Source: a virus. Taken from it: 64,000 nt of DNA. Positions 19,812 through 28,961 of the stretch are shown piece after piece. Position numbers and translations under genes: made by a program. How positions within the stretch are numbered: the first letter of the stretch is position 1; each line of letters begins with the position of its first letter. Under the pieces are notes generated by a model, which had not been told where the DNA came from, made no database searches, and saw only the letters and a list, made by a program, of their open reading frames with translations. The DNA lies in the UHGV virus genome UHGV-1352889; one strand, written 5' to 3'.

Positions 19812-20555
19812 TTACATGAGGTTAAGTCCGGGGCACTGCATGATGCCGCCGTTCTGAATAATATTCGGAGCCTGATACGTACCCTGACGATATTTGCGCA
19901 GGTGGTCGTTCAGGTATTTGACGGCAAGGCCATAGCTGTCCGTCCCCATTTGAGTGTTGCCCTGCTCATTATAGACCACGGCCAGCATCATTGCCTTCAA
20001 TGCCGGAAGACATCCGGGGTAGATACGAACCTCCTTGTCTTCCCATGCCGCGTCATCATAAATGTTGAGGGATAGGCCGCGCAATGCGCACCGTGCCGAA
20101 ACCGTCATGACGTTGCTTGCGGGGTTGTCGTTGATACCGCTACCACCAGACAATACTGAATAGGTGCGGAGGTTCTGCTCATTCAGTCCCATGTCCAGCA
20201 TGATGGCATGGTAGCCACTGTCATGCTTCGGGTATTCGGAACGGAACCAAGTGTTGCTTTCGAACATGGCCCGGTCGATGATGTGGTATTTCTTGCCGCT
20301 GGGCGACCATGCCTCAACGATACTGTCATATTCTTCGGGCAGGGAGATAGTTCCCTCGCGAGGGATTCCTTCAAAGTCCAAGGTTTCCACGGAATCCGGG
20401 GATACCGTGGCCTCATTCAGCAGGAGGTTCTGCGCTTCCTTCAATATGCGACGGAAGTCAACGTTGGACTTGGACGGCGGCTGGTTCGTAATGAGCATGC
20501 AAAGCTCGTCACAAACATTGCGATAGGTTAAATAGGATTTGGTAATGAATGCCAT
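19812..20555 (-). CDS. hypothetical structural protein (247 aa)
   Basis: ORF packed between tail-like genes. Confidence 0.55.
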   Translation of the reverse strand: MAFITKSYLTYRNVCDELCMLITNQPPSKSNVDFRRILKEAQNLLLNEATVSPDSVETLDFEGIPREGTISLPEEYDSIVEAWSPSGKKYHIIDRAMFESNTWFRSEYPKHDSGYHAIMLDMGLNEQNLRTYSVLSGGSGINDNPASNVMTVSARCALRGLSLNIYDDAAWEDKEVRIYPGCLPALKAMMLAVVYNEQGNTQMGTDSYGLAVKYLNDHLRKYRQGTYQAPNIIQNGGIMQCPGLNLM

Positions 20556-20559
20556 GAGA

Positions 20560-23451
20560 TTAACTGGGTGGATAAATGGTTACTTTCTTGCACATCATGC
20601 CCCCGTTCCACGGGGATGCGTAATAGGAGGTCACGGGTTTCCAATCTGTGTGGGCAGTCCCCGGAAAGTTTGTATTAAACCCGCCGGGAAGCCACTTGGC
20701 GTCCTGACTGCCAATGGTTACGGATATAGTCAACGGGCCGTGGAGGCATGCGGGCAGACGGTAATCGCAAAGCGGCGAAGAGAAATACCCACTGTTCGTC
20801 GTGAATTGTACCGACGTCCCAAGACCCCAGCCTTTAGGCCATGTACCATCAGGGGAGAAGGCTTCCTCTACCACGGCGGTGCAGGGGCCGGAGTAACTGT
20901 CCCTCAACATCTTGGTCTGCGGGAAGTACTTGCCTTCCTGTCTGCCAGAGCGGTCGGGCCTCGTATCCCACGGAATCCACTGAACCGAACCGAACACGGC
21001 GGGGAAACTGTAGTTCATCGTCGTGGTATATTTTTTGTAGTACCCGATTCCCGGAATCTGCATGTAACTATCTACGGCGTAACAGGGGTTCACCCACTGG
21101 CGCAGGATGACGCGTTGAATCTTGTCGCCCGTCGTGACCTTGAACGTATTGCCTCGGAGCTGACATATAGTGATTCCGAACTGGAAGTACGGGAACTTCG
21201 CCCCATCATAGGTCAGGGTAATCTTCTCGGCAACCTCGGCATTAAGGATATAGTCCCCAACACGGTATTTAGTCTTCGCGCCGTAGGATGTATTGACCGT
21301 AGGTTCCGGCTGGTTAGGCAGTCCTACATTGCTAGTCGTGACTACCTTGATATCAAAGACCTTTGTCCCGTTGAGGAAGATAGGGATAACTCCATTGATG
21401 ACGCCGCAGTAGGGGTTAGAGACATGTACGGTCATGTTCAGCTGGCCGTTCTCCACGTCAAAATATACGTTGCCAATACCGTTAGGCAGTGTACCTATGG
21501 TGAATCTCATCTCTGGGTTATATCCATCGTCTCGCTTGTAAATGGCCGCAGTATCCGAGACACCCAGCGGGAACACCCACGGAGCACTCGTTACATCCTC
21601 CGCATAGAGGGTATCCCGGATAATCGCCTCCATCCTAATCTTGTACCATCCGTTCTGTGTCATCCACGGACCATCGGGGTTAGGGGCGTTGTAAAAATAA
21701 TCTGCTTTCATCGTGCCTGGGGACTGAACTCTGGGATAGCTGTTCTGGATATATATGTTCCACCAGCGGACCCCCTTAAACCGGATGCCCACATTCATGC
21801 CACGGTCAGCATCTTGGTTGTCCATACTAAACGAGCCGAGTAATGCGAAAGTATTCGCGAACTGGGGATAATTGGGGTCGTTCCATCCATTGATGAGGGA
21901 CATGTTTTGGAGCATACCCGTTGCTGGGGATGAATCCTCAACCGCAGTAAAGTCAGAAAGGTTATATCCGATTCTGGTCCACGGCGTGTCGGGGATAGTA
22001 ATGGCTACCTCGGTTTCCGGGGTTTCCAGCTTCCGGGCATAGTAGGCATTACCCACGGCATCCGTGTATTTGGTGAATCCTTCCCTCTGCCAGTCTGTGT
22101 CGAAGTCAGTGCTCGGATTGGGCACAATCTTCCGCAGTACCGGATAAACTTGGTTCGTAATTCGGTCAAAGGAGGATTCCCAGAACTCGTCAATCTGGTC
22201 GTAGGTGGTGCAACTCTTTCGCGTTTCCTTGTGGCTATATCCCTCACGGACTACTACAGAGGAATCGACGCGCCATTGGCTACAGTTTTCACTGGGGTCC
22301 GGGGGGTCAATCGCAGGGACGTCGCCATTCGCCGTCCAGTCAACAGACTGGCTAGTCGTCACGGTCGTATTGATGCACCGGACAAAACGGGAATCCGGGT
22401 TGCAACAATTGCCGGAGAGGGTGTTCTGTTCCTCCTTTTCCGCGATGCCGCTGTTCCGTTTGTACATGGATACGAGGGTGTACATTTGCGTACTCGGATA
22501 ACTGCCCTTGTCCCAGCCCGCACTAACGGGCCTATTGTCCAGTTCAAGCGTGGGCATGTGGGGAATGCGGGCCTGTCCCGGTTCCTTCCCTCCACCATCG
22601 ACGGGCCAAAGCGGCGCGGCCCATACCTCTCTCGATAACTTAATTGCAGTCTGTGCCACCCATTCAGATTCGGGCAGGGCCGTTCCCGGACCCCCTTCAT
22701 CCCACACCGTATCTCCCTTCCGCCAAATGTTATAAGGGATGAACTCTTTAACCACCGGGCCGGGCAGGGTCTTGTACACGCGTACCACCTTACGAAAATA
22801 CTTTCGCAGGTGTTCTTCTCCAAACTGGACTACTTCTTCAAATACCAGCTGGGCATCGTAGGCCGTGTAGAAGTGCTGGTCATAGAAGTCAGGGTCAAGC
22901 TTTTCGTTGCTGGGGTCAAACGAGCCAAGGGGAAGCGGGGCATACGCGGAATCCAAGGGTTCCACCCACTCCCGTGTAATCTCGTAAAAGTCTTTCAGCT
23001 CGTCGGTGTCTGCATCGGGTCCCATGAACTTACCCGTAGCGGCAGTATCCTTTAAGGTATAGCCGTCACGAATCTTCTTCATGTCCTGAATGTTATACCG
23101 GAACTGCTGTTCCGGCGGGACCATGTAGTAGAAACGATAAACGTGCTGTCTCGCCGCCTCGTTGACGGGTTCGACATGCACAAGAACTGCATCCCGCATG
23201 AACGGAAGGAAGGTCGTACCCGCAGTAGGTACGAACGGTGTTCCCAATTCAATGGTAATCTCGCTGGGATTCTTGGCAATCCTCTCAACGAAGAACATCA
23301 CGTTTTTTACCACCGGAGTGGGAAAGTTAATTATCGGCTCACCCATTGGCCTGTCAGGACTGAACCCATTGCGCCACGAGGAATCCGTGGTTCCAATGGG
23401 TATTGTCGGAGGCTGTGGAGTGGAGGCCGTGGTATTAGGAATTAAGGCCAT
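20560..23451 (-). CDS. large tail-associated protein (963 aa)
   Basis: 2.9-kb ORF, Trp/Tyr/Asn/Gly-rich beta-type composition typical of tail/receptor-binding proteins; function inferred from size and context only. Confidence 0.65.
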   Translation of the reverse strand: MALIPNTTASTPQPPTIPIGTTDSSWRNGFSPDRPMGEPIINFPTPVVKNVMFFVERIAKNPSEITIELGTPFVPTAGTTFLPFMRDAVLVHVEPVNEAARQHVYRFYYMVPPEQQFRYNIQDMKKIRDGYTLKDTAATGKFMGPDADTDELKDFYEITREWVEPLDSAYAPLPLGSFDPSNEKLDPDFYDQHFYTAYDAQLVFEEVVQFGEEHLRKYFRKVVRVYKTLPGPVVKEFIPYNIWRKGDTVWDEGGPGTALPESEWVAQTAIKLSREVWAAPLWPVDGGGKEPGQARIPHMPTLELDNRPVSAGWDKGSYPSTQMYTLVSMYKRNSGIAEKEEQNTLSGNCCNPDSRFVRCINTTVTTSQSVDWTANGDVPAIDPPDPSENCSQWRVDSSVVVREGYSHKETRKSCTTYDQIDEFWESSFDRITNQVYPVLRKIVPNPSTDFDTDWQREGFTKYTDAVGNAYYARKLETPETEVAITIPDTPWTRIGYNLSDFTAVEDSSPATGMLQNMSLINGWNDPNYPQFANTFALLGSFSMDNQDADRGMNVGIRFKGVRWWNIYIQNSYPRVQSPGTMKADYFYNAPNPDGPWMTQNGWYKIRMEAIIRDTLYAEDVTSAPWVFPLGVSDTAAIYKRDDGYNPEMRFTIGTLPNGIGNVYFDVENGQLNMTVHVSNPYCGVINGVIPIFLNGTKVFDIKVVTTSNVGLPNQPEPTVNTSYGAKTKYRVGDYILNAEVAEKITLTYDGAKFPYFQFGITICQLRGNTFKVTTGDKIQRVILRQWVNPCYAVDSYMQIPGIGYYKKYTTTMNYSFPAVFGSVQWIPWDTRPDRSGRQEGKYFPQTKMLRDSYSGPCTAVVEEAFSPDGTWPKGWGLGTSVQFTTNSGYFSSPLCDYRLPACLHGPLTISVTIGSQDAKWLPGGFNTNFPGTAHTDWKPVTSYYASPWNGGMMCKKVTIYPPS

Positions 23452-23991
23452 TTATATTGGATTGAAAGAAGGGCATGATTGCACCGGGAAGCGGGGTGTC
23501 CACATCATGCTAATATGCCCGTTCAACGTTAATTGCATTGGTTCTCCCCGCGGAAAACTTACTGTCTCGCCCCGATAATATGTTCGGTTCGTTCGCCTGT
23601 CAATAACATATCCTTGTATGACAAGTAATTTATGGCTTCTCTCCGCATCAATAATTCTTGGCAGTTGAACTTCTTCACGAGTTTTAACCTGTGTGACCGA
23701 AGAGGTAAAAGTTTCTCCGTCATAGCGTATCCCTACTTTCCCCCGTAAAAAATAGGCCCATCGGTTTCTGGGCAGTTTTAGCTCACCCTCGCGACCAAAG
23801 GGAAGGGAGGCATAGAATTGATTCCTTGAGCGGAGCCTTTCAGTACACGCATGGATGCTTTCCTGTAACTGATTAAGATTCTGGGTCAACTCGTTTTCGA
23901 GTTGTTCCTGCTCTGGATTTTTTCGGAACAGATTGAATAGCTTCATGTCTGTCGGAGGGGGTATCTTGTTGCGTAATTGCGCGGAAGGCAC
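23452..23991 (-). CDS. hypothetical protein (179 aa)
   Basis: ORF, start abuts stop of 963-aa gene. Confidence 0.5.
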   Translation of the reverse strand: MPSAQLRNKIPPPTDMKLFNLFRKNPEQEQLENELTQNLNQLQESIHACTERLRSRNQFYASLPFGREGELKLPRNRWAYFLRGKVGIRYDGETFTSSVTQVKTREEVQLPRIIDAERSHKLLVIQGYVIDRRTNRTYYRGETVSFPRGEPMQLTLNGHISMMWTPRFPVQSCPSFNPI

Positions 23992-23997
23992 AATCCA

Positions 23998-24303
23998 TTA
24001 TTGCTTCATGGTCGCTTCATGGTCGCTTCGTAGGTTGTCTATTTTTCCATGTAATTGGTCTAGAGATTCATCCAACTCGGATATAACTCTTAGAGCCTCT
24101 TGCAATAGTATGAGAAATGACTTCTCCTTGTCAAGACTAAACTCTATCTTTTTTGAGAGATACTTATACGCCAGCTTTACTGCCACGTAAATAACTCCCA
24201 CAAATACGAGATATGCGGGAGACATTTCCTCGACGATACGAGTGAGAAACAAAGTCCATACGTTACCGTCAATGGTGTTTAGCTGTGCGACGAATTTAAA
24301 CAC
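23998..24303 (-). CDS. small membrane/coiled-coil protein, holin or spanin candidate (101 aa)
   Basis: One hydrophobic helix (AYLVFVGVIYVAVKLAY) plus coiled-coil tail; immediately downstream of endolysin-like gene. Confidence 0.45.
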   Translation of the reverse strand: MFKFVAQLNTIDGNVWTLFLTRIVEEMSPAYLVFVGVIYVAVKLAYKYLSKKIEFSLDKEKSFLILLQEALRVISELDESLDQLHGKIDNLRSDHEATMKQ

Positions 24304-24370
24304 GGCGGCAAGGAATTACCTTGCCGCCATGTTATCATTTGGGGTTTAACGGGTCAAGAAAATTCCCCGA

Positions 24371-25135
24371 CTATTTCCTTGACAATAGGGTTAGGGCATA
24401 GGCATGTCGCGCATCGCATCGGTTCATCCAGCCCGTAAGGAACTTCGCCTTCACTGGATTGGCCCTTACAATGGAGTGGTAGCGGGCACGACAAGCGCGG
24501 TCCAGCGAATCGAGAACTACCATTTCCTCCCATGATAGGACGGCGTCCGTCCATTTGGCTTGAGTAGTTTTTCCCCACTTGCCGTCAATATCAATGTCGA
24601 GCATGCGCTGGACAACCTTAGTCGTTCCCGCCGTACCCATGTTGAAGGTCATGTCACGGAGCATGAATTCAATGGGGTAGCTTCCTGCAACACCCTTAGA
24701 GACTAGTGGTTCCGTATTGGCGAGAACATAGCGGAGGCATTCGTCCCATGCCTCTTCTCTATCCCCCCGGTCCAACATGGACTTGATTAGATTGAATTCC
24801 TTAGGTTCAATCCCATCACAGATACCGGCAATCTCCCACGTGCCGCCGCCGTCGCCAGAGGGGAGACGGGTAACGCGCAGAGAATCGGGACCTGTAATCT
24901 TATAGTCCTCCATGTTGAGAATCTTCTTGGCCATTCCTTTGCGGATAATCTCTGCCGGGGATTCCACGGGACCCACGGATTCCACGAATTCCGGGACGTC
25001 CATAGGTCCCACGGAAACCGTGGGTTCCGGTTGTATCTTTTTCCATATAGCATCAATGGTCTTCTCCCCAAGGATACCGTCGGGTGAAGTTCCCGCCCAC
25101 TTCTGTATGTCCTTTACTTTGTCTTTCCTTGTCAT
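24371..25135 (-). CDS. endolysin-like protein with N-terminal peptidoglycan-binding motif (254 aa)
   Basis: N-terminal SPDGILGEKTIDAIWKKIQ matches the DGxxGxxTxxAxxxFQ PG_binding_1 signature; catalytic domain type not resolved. Confidence 0.55.
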   Translation of the reverse strand: MTRKDKVKDIQKWAGTSPDGILGEKTIDAIWKKIQPEPTVSVGPMDVPEFVESVGPVESPAEIIRKGMAKKILNMEDYKITGPDSLRVTRLPSGDGGGTWEIAGICDGIEPKEFNLIKSMLDRGDREEAWDECLRYVLANTEPLVSKGVAGSYPIEFMLRDMTFNMGTAGTTKVVQRMLDIDIDGKWGKTTQAKWTDAVLSWEEMVVLDSLDRACRARYHSIVRANPVKAKFLTGWMNRCDARHAYALTLLSRK

Positions 25136-25565
25136 TAGTTGTTTCTACTTTGATTTCGTCAGGGGTTAACTTCCCCAATGAGATTTGATGGTTAATGATG
25201 TCCGCCATCGACTTGGCAATCTCTTCGGCCCATTGATTGAAATGAAGAGTTCCCAACGGGGTGGGTATTTCATTGGTAATTCCTGCGACAACATAGGTGT
25301 CCAACTTAACCCGAACTATATCCGAGAATACTTCTACCTTGGCTTTCGAGGGTACGGGTTCGACTTCATACCACATGACATCCTGTATCTCTTCGTCTTC
25401 ACTATCTGCTTGAGGGTAATGGACATGGAGGACACCAGCATCATCCTCGTCGGATAATACTCGGAGAATTGCATCTACCGGGATGCTATCCCCACAGGTT
25501 CCGCATCTACCCGTATCTACTCTGCGAACGATGTCCCCGCACTTAAATCTGGCTTTCATTATCAT
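25053..25565 (-). CDS. hypothetical protein (170 aa)
   Basis: ORF; CxxxxxxxxxxxCGTCGD N-terminal Cys cluster; 3' end overlaps endolysin start. Confidence 0.45.
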   Translation of the reverse strand: MIMKARFKCGDIVRRVDTGRCGTCGDSIPVDAILRVLSDEDDAGVLHVHYPQADSEDEEIQDVMWYEVEPVPSKAKVEVFSDIVRVKLDTYVVAGITNEIPTPLGTLHFNQWAEEIAKSMADIINHQISLGKLTPDEIKVETTNDKERQSKGHTEVGGNFTRRYPWGEDH

Positions 25566-25770
25566 TTTTCGTTTGGTTTATGTCTGGCAACATGACATGC
25601 TCGTTAAGGTCCTCAACGATTTGATTAGCCCAGTCCACCACCTCACAACACATATCGACCTCTTGGTCGCCCAGCTTATATCTGGTAGGTATGCGGAGAA
25701 CGGGCCGATAGTTGAAGAGGATGATAGCCTCGTCCTGTGTGTATCGGACGAAGACTTTATCGTTGGTCAT
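25543..25770 (-). CDS. small protein, tandem paralog array member 1 (75 aa, divergent)
   Basis: MTND… start shared with members 2-3; overlaps neighbour by 14 nt. Confidence 0.5.
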   Translation of the reverse strand: MTNDKVFVRYTQDEAIILFNYRPVLRIPTRYKLGDQEVDMCCEVVDWANQIVEDLNEHVMLPDINQTKNDNESQI

Positions 25771-26014
25771 TGGTGTCGTCCCTTTCGACGAAGGTAATTC
25801 CCGTGTCAGATTCTTCCGTCGTTAACTTCTTAATCTTGTCACGAAGTTCGATTGCCATTTTGAGGGCGCAGTCTCTTGTCGGAACTCCCTTCTCGTCCTC
25901 CTTCTTGCAATAGGGGAACAGGGCGATACGGTAGTTTCGATGAATCACCGCAAGGATTCCTGCTCGCGGATATTCCATTAAGAAGGTTTCCAGTAAATAT
26001 TTTTCGTTAGTCAT
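25757..26014 (-). CDS. small protein, tandem paralog array member 2 (85 aa)
   Basis: Shares the …hAhhhxxYCxxxxxxxxxxxxxAxKhAxxLxxKIxK…T…G… pattern with members 3-5. Confidence 0.55.
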   Translation of the reverse strand: MTNEKYLLETFLMEYPRAGILAVIHRNYRIALFPYCKKEDEKGVPTRDCALKMAIELRDKIKKLTTEESDTGITFVERDDTNDQR

Positions 26015-26252
26015 TGGTGTTGTTCCTTTCCCGTTTGACTAGTTTAAATCCCTTCTTGGTTTTGATGGTGGTGCTCTTTTCAATTTTGCGGACGAGCTTT
26101 TCAGATAGCTTCTTTGCTTGCTTCTTGGTGAAGAATCCTCCCTCACCTTTCGTGCAATAGTTGAAAGTGGCAACGCAATGGTCTTCGAGCATGACCCGGA
26201 ACATTCCGGGAAGGGGGTCGTTTATGGTAGTAATAGTCAGAGTATTAGTCAT
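26007..26252 (-). CDS. small protein, tandem paralog array member 3 (81 aa)
   Basis: VATFNYC…KKQAKKLSEKLVRKI…TTIKTKKGFKL; 8-nt overlap with neighbours. Confidence 0.6.
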   Translation of the reverse strand: MTNTLTITTINDPLPGMFRVMLEDHCVATFNYCTKGEGGFFTKKQAKKLSEKLVRKIEKSTTIKTKKGFKLVKRERNNTND

Positions 26253-26484
26253 GGATGTTGAAGTATATTTGGTTTAATTCTATTCCCTTAGGGGTAAGGA
26301 AAGTTCCTCGGCTAACAATGTAGCGGGCAACTTTCGTTGCCAGTTTCTTTGCCGCTTTCCTGCTTAGGTAGAACGGTACGTTCTCGTCGATGCAGTAGTA
26401 GAAACTGGCAACGACATTCCCATTATGGACTACTTCGAATTTGCCTCTCGCTATATCTTCGAAAATTCTTACGTTATCGTTCAT
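26245..26484 (-). CDS. small protein, tandem paralog array member 4 (79 aa)
   Basis: VASFYYC…SRKAAKKLATKVARYI…TFLTPKGIEL. Confidence 0.6.
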   Translation of the reverse strand: MNDNVRIFEDIARGKFEVVHNGNVVASFYYCIDENVPFYLSRKAAKKLATKVARYIVSRGTFLTPKGIELNQIYFNIHD

Positions 26485-26487
26485 GGT

Positions 26488-26727
26488 TTATTCCTCGTGG
26501 ATTGCAATGTGTTTAGGAAGTAGGCCAATACCCTTCGTGGTTGGGATAGCCTCATAGGTAAGAAGGCTACGAGCAAATTCTTTAGCCATTTTGATGGCAC
26601 TATCCTTGGTGAGGTATTTGTAATCTTCTCCTTTTTTGCGGTAGAAGACTTCCGCAAAAACGATTCCATCATACTTCACCTGAATAATCCCTACGTCAGT
26701 GTAGTCTATTACGGCTAGCTTATACAT
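26488..26727 (-). CDS. small protein, tandem paralog array member 5 (79 aa)
   Basis: FAEVFYR…KDSAIKMAKEFARSL…IPTTKGIGLL. Confidence 0.6.
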   Translation of the reverse strand: MYKLAVIDYTDVGIIQVKYDGIVFAEVFYRKKGEDYKYLTKDSAIKMAKEFARSLLTYEAIPTTKGIGLLPKHIAIHEE

Positions 26728-26748
26728 AAGTTGTCTGGATTGTTTGGG

Positions 26749-27258
26749 TTAAACAGTTGTGGTTTCTGGTTTCGTGGGGTCCCCAGGAATGGCAATCTCC
26801 CAACAGAAGGAGACGATGAAATCGTTGCGAAGAGTTACCTCTTCTCCGACTTTATACCACCCATCAGGGAGTAGATAATCTCTCTTCATATCAATGGCGG
26901 CTCCTGCCTCTATCCGTTCCAACGCCATGAAACGGTAGTCCCATTCGTTGTTTTCCGTCTTAAAGGATTGCAGGATGAACCAAGGGGTAACGTCGGCATC
27001 TTCATCCCTATTCTCGGTTTCCTCCCCGGTAGATGTTCCTACGACGCGGGCACAATAACCATTCCTCATGTTCTCCAAGGCAACGCCGAAGGGCAGGTTG
27101 AAGTGAGTGAGGGAATAGGCAATAACGCCCCACGTCAAGGACCGGGCGCGGGAGCAAACCCCGTCAAGCCGTGGAAGTACCGTGGCTATTACTTCGGGGT
27201 TGCTCTCCGGGCCGTCGGAACAAAGAAAAAATTCTCGGACGCGAGTTGTTGTGGGCAT
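26749..27258 (-). CDS. hypothetical protein (169 aa)
   Basis: ORF. Confidence 0.5.
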   Translation of the reverse strand: MPTTTRVREFFLCSDGPESNPEVIATVLPRLDGVCSRARSLTWGVIAYSLTHFNLPFGVALENMRNGYCARVVGTSTGEETENRDEDADVTPWFILQSFKTENNEWDYRFMALERIEAGAAIDMKRDYLLPDGWYKVGEEVTLRNDFIVSFCWEIAIPGDPTKPETTTV

Positions 27259-27266
27259 GGGTTCTA

Positions 27267-27638
27267 TTAGACGTAATTGTTCAGTAGTCCGTAAATCTTT
27301 TGGGCACTCTGCTCGAAGTCCTCTGCCAGTTTCCTTAGCGCGGGTTCATTCCCGGCAATGGTGTAGAGGTAGGGAACGAGGTCATGTAGGATGACATTTC
27401 TGTATATGATAATGCAATTGGTAGAAGTATCAGGCAACACGGGGCGTTCCAACATGGGCTTTACCGTCCAGTTGCGGCCATGTAATCCGAGATAGGTTTC
27501 AATGAAACTATCGGCAATGCCGCCCAATTCTTCTACCGCATCGTCGTATCGTTCATGATGGAAGCCACTACTTGTCTGGTAATGGAGGACCTTCAGGACG
27601 GGGTAGAGTTGCAGGATGTGAGATAAATCCAATTTCAT
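27267..27638 (-). CDS. hypothetical protein (123 aa)
   Basis: ORF. Confidence 0.5.
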   Translation of the reverse strand: MKLDLSHILQLYPVLKVLHYQTSSGFHHERYDDAVEELGGIADSFIETYLGLHGRNWTVKPMLERPVLPDTSTNCIIIYRNVILHDLVPYLYTIAGNEPALRKLAEDFEQSAQKIYGLLNNYV

Positions 27639-27640
27639 GG

Positions 27641-28093
27641 CTAGACGATTTGAAGTGTGAGGGGGAAGGTGCGGGTCCAGTCAACTGTATCGGAGAACTC
27701 AACAGTCATCCAGTAGGTCCCGGCAGGATATTCGGCAGGGTCTAATTCAAAGAAGTCGGTGGGGAGGATAACGGTATCGGCAGTGCCTCCGGGTTTCTCC
27801 GGGGCCGTCATGCCAGACGCGACCGTCTTCCATACAGGTAGTCCCCCAGCATTGAGCTGGGCTAACTGAAACTTCCATGTAAAGGGGCTTGACGTGGAGA
27901 CGTTGCCAAGAAGGGCAGAGGCATGGGAGATATTAAATCGGAGGTCTCCCTTAAATCCTGCGCCAAACTGGAGGACAAGTGAGGATATTCCATGCTGGAC
28001 TTCCAATGAGGCGTCTACGCTTACCTGTTCATATCGAGCCTTGCGAATGAACTGACCAAGGCTTCCGTCAAAATATAATTGGTTTGTGTTCAT
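27641..28093 (-). CDS. hypothetical protein, beta-rich (150 aa)
   Basis: ORF; composition resembles small structural proteins. Confidence 0.5.
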   Translation of the reverse strand: MNTNQLYFDGSLGQFIRKARYEQVSVDASLEVQHGISSLVLQFGAGFKGDLRFNISHASALLGNVSTSSPFTWKFQLAQLNAGGLPVWKTVASGMTAPEKPGGTADTVILPTDFFELDPAEYPAGTYWMTVEFSDTVDWTRTFPLTLQIV

Positions 28094-28116
28094 GTGGTGA
28101 ATGAAGATTAGCGATT

Positions 28117-28785
28117 TTATTTGACCGTGTCAACCATAACTTGCACGCGCCGGGGATAATCCGCAGAACAGGGGGCGGTGCTCGCGTTCTTTTCCCAGCC
28201 GCGTTTCACGGCGACGTCCAGTACATCTTTATCGTACTGGTAGTCGAGGCTCACCCCGAAGTGACCAGCGAACGCGTCATGATAGACGAGGTAGGTATTG
28301 CGCATCCTCTTAATGGCCTTAAGGTCGCTGTCGTGCCGGAACCCCCACACGCTACCATCAACGATGCCAGTCCATTCAGGATAGTCTGCGACGTTCGTCC
28401 GCTTCAATCCCATGTAGGCAGAGATGAAGATGACATCCTTCTCGGTGACAATTTGGCTGGCCATAACGTCGAGGAGGTCCGCTTCGCGTACCGGGCATTG
28501 GGTGTCGAGCACCATGATATTCTTTCCCGCATGCTCTGCGGCGATGGAGAGGATAGCCTCGTCGGGCGCGTCAGGGACACGGGCAACGTTCAGCCCCTCC
28601 GCTCTGGCCCATGAGAGAACGCCGAGGTCTTCGGACATGACGGTAACGTTCTCGCCGGGAATGTTCAGGGATTTAAGATAGTTGACTGTGTAATGGATTA
28701 GGTTCGATTCCCTCTCCGGCCAATGGAGGGAAGGGTTATACGCGCTAATAATATAATGGAAGTTGTTGTCCATGCCCGCTATCAT
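28117..28785 (-). CDS. hypothetical protein (222 aa); weak resemblance to nucleotidyltransferase-like folds
   Basis: ORF; the assignment is a guess from local sequence patterns only. Confidence 0.45.
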   Translation of the reverse strand: MIAGMDNNFHYIISAYNPSLHWPERESNLIHYTVNYLKSLNIPGENVTVMSEDLGVLSWARAEGLNVARVPDAPDEAILSIAAEHAGKNIMVLDTQCPVREADLLDVMASQIVTEKDVIFISAYMGLKRTNVADYPEWTGIVDGSVWGFRHDSDLKAIKRMRNTYLVYHDAFAGHFGVSLDYQYDKDVLDVAVKRGWEKNASTAPCSADYPRRVQVMVDTVK

Positions 28786-28848
28786 ACACAGGAAAAGATT
28801 CTGGTCAAGAAATTTTTAATTGGTATGACACAGCCGTATCACAACGAA

Positions 28849-28899
28849 GGAACCCACGGAACCCATTGTGGCCATTTGGCCGTGGGTTCCGTGGGTTCC
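28849..28899. promoter_or_regulatory. 17-bp perfect inverted repeat built from tandem GGAACCCAC 9-mers (GGAACCCACGGAACCCA…TGGGTTCCGTGGGTTCC)
   Basis: Arms 28849-28865 and 28883-28899 are exact reverse complements; inner TGGCCA…TGGCC partially pairs; lies in the 176-nt gap between two minus-strand genes, no T-run. Confidence 0.55.
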
Positions 28900-28961
28900 G
28901 TGGGAGTTTAACGTCCTGACATTTCGATGTACGAAATCGATAAGCCAGTTGTACTGCTATA

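Noticed and set aside
20539-21843. 434-aa plus ORF
   Set aside because: Antisense within the 963-aa tail-like gene; Arg/Gly/Val-rich shadow frame
24354-24578. 74-aa minus ORF overlapping the 3' end of the endolysin-like gene
   Set aside because: Alternative frame wholly inside a longer ORF with a recognisable PG-binding motif
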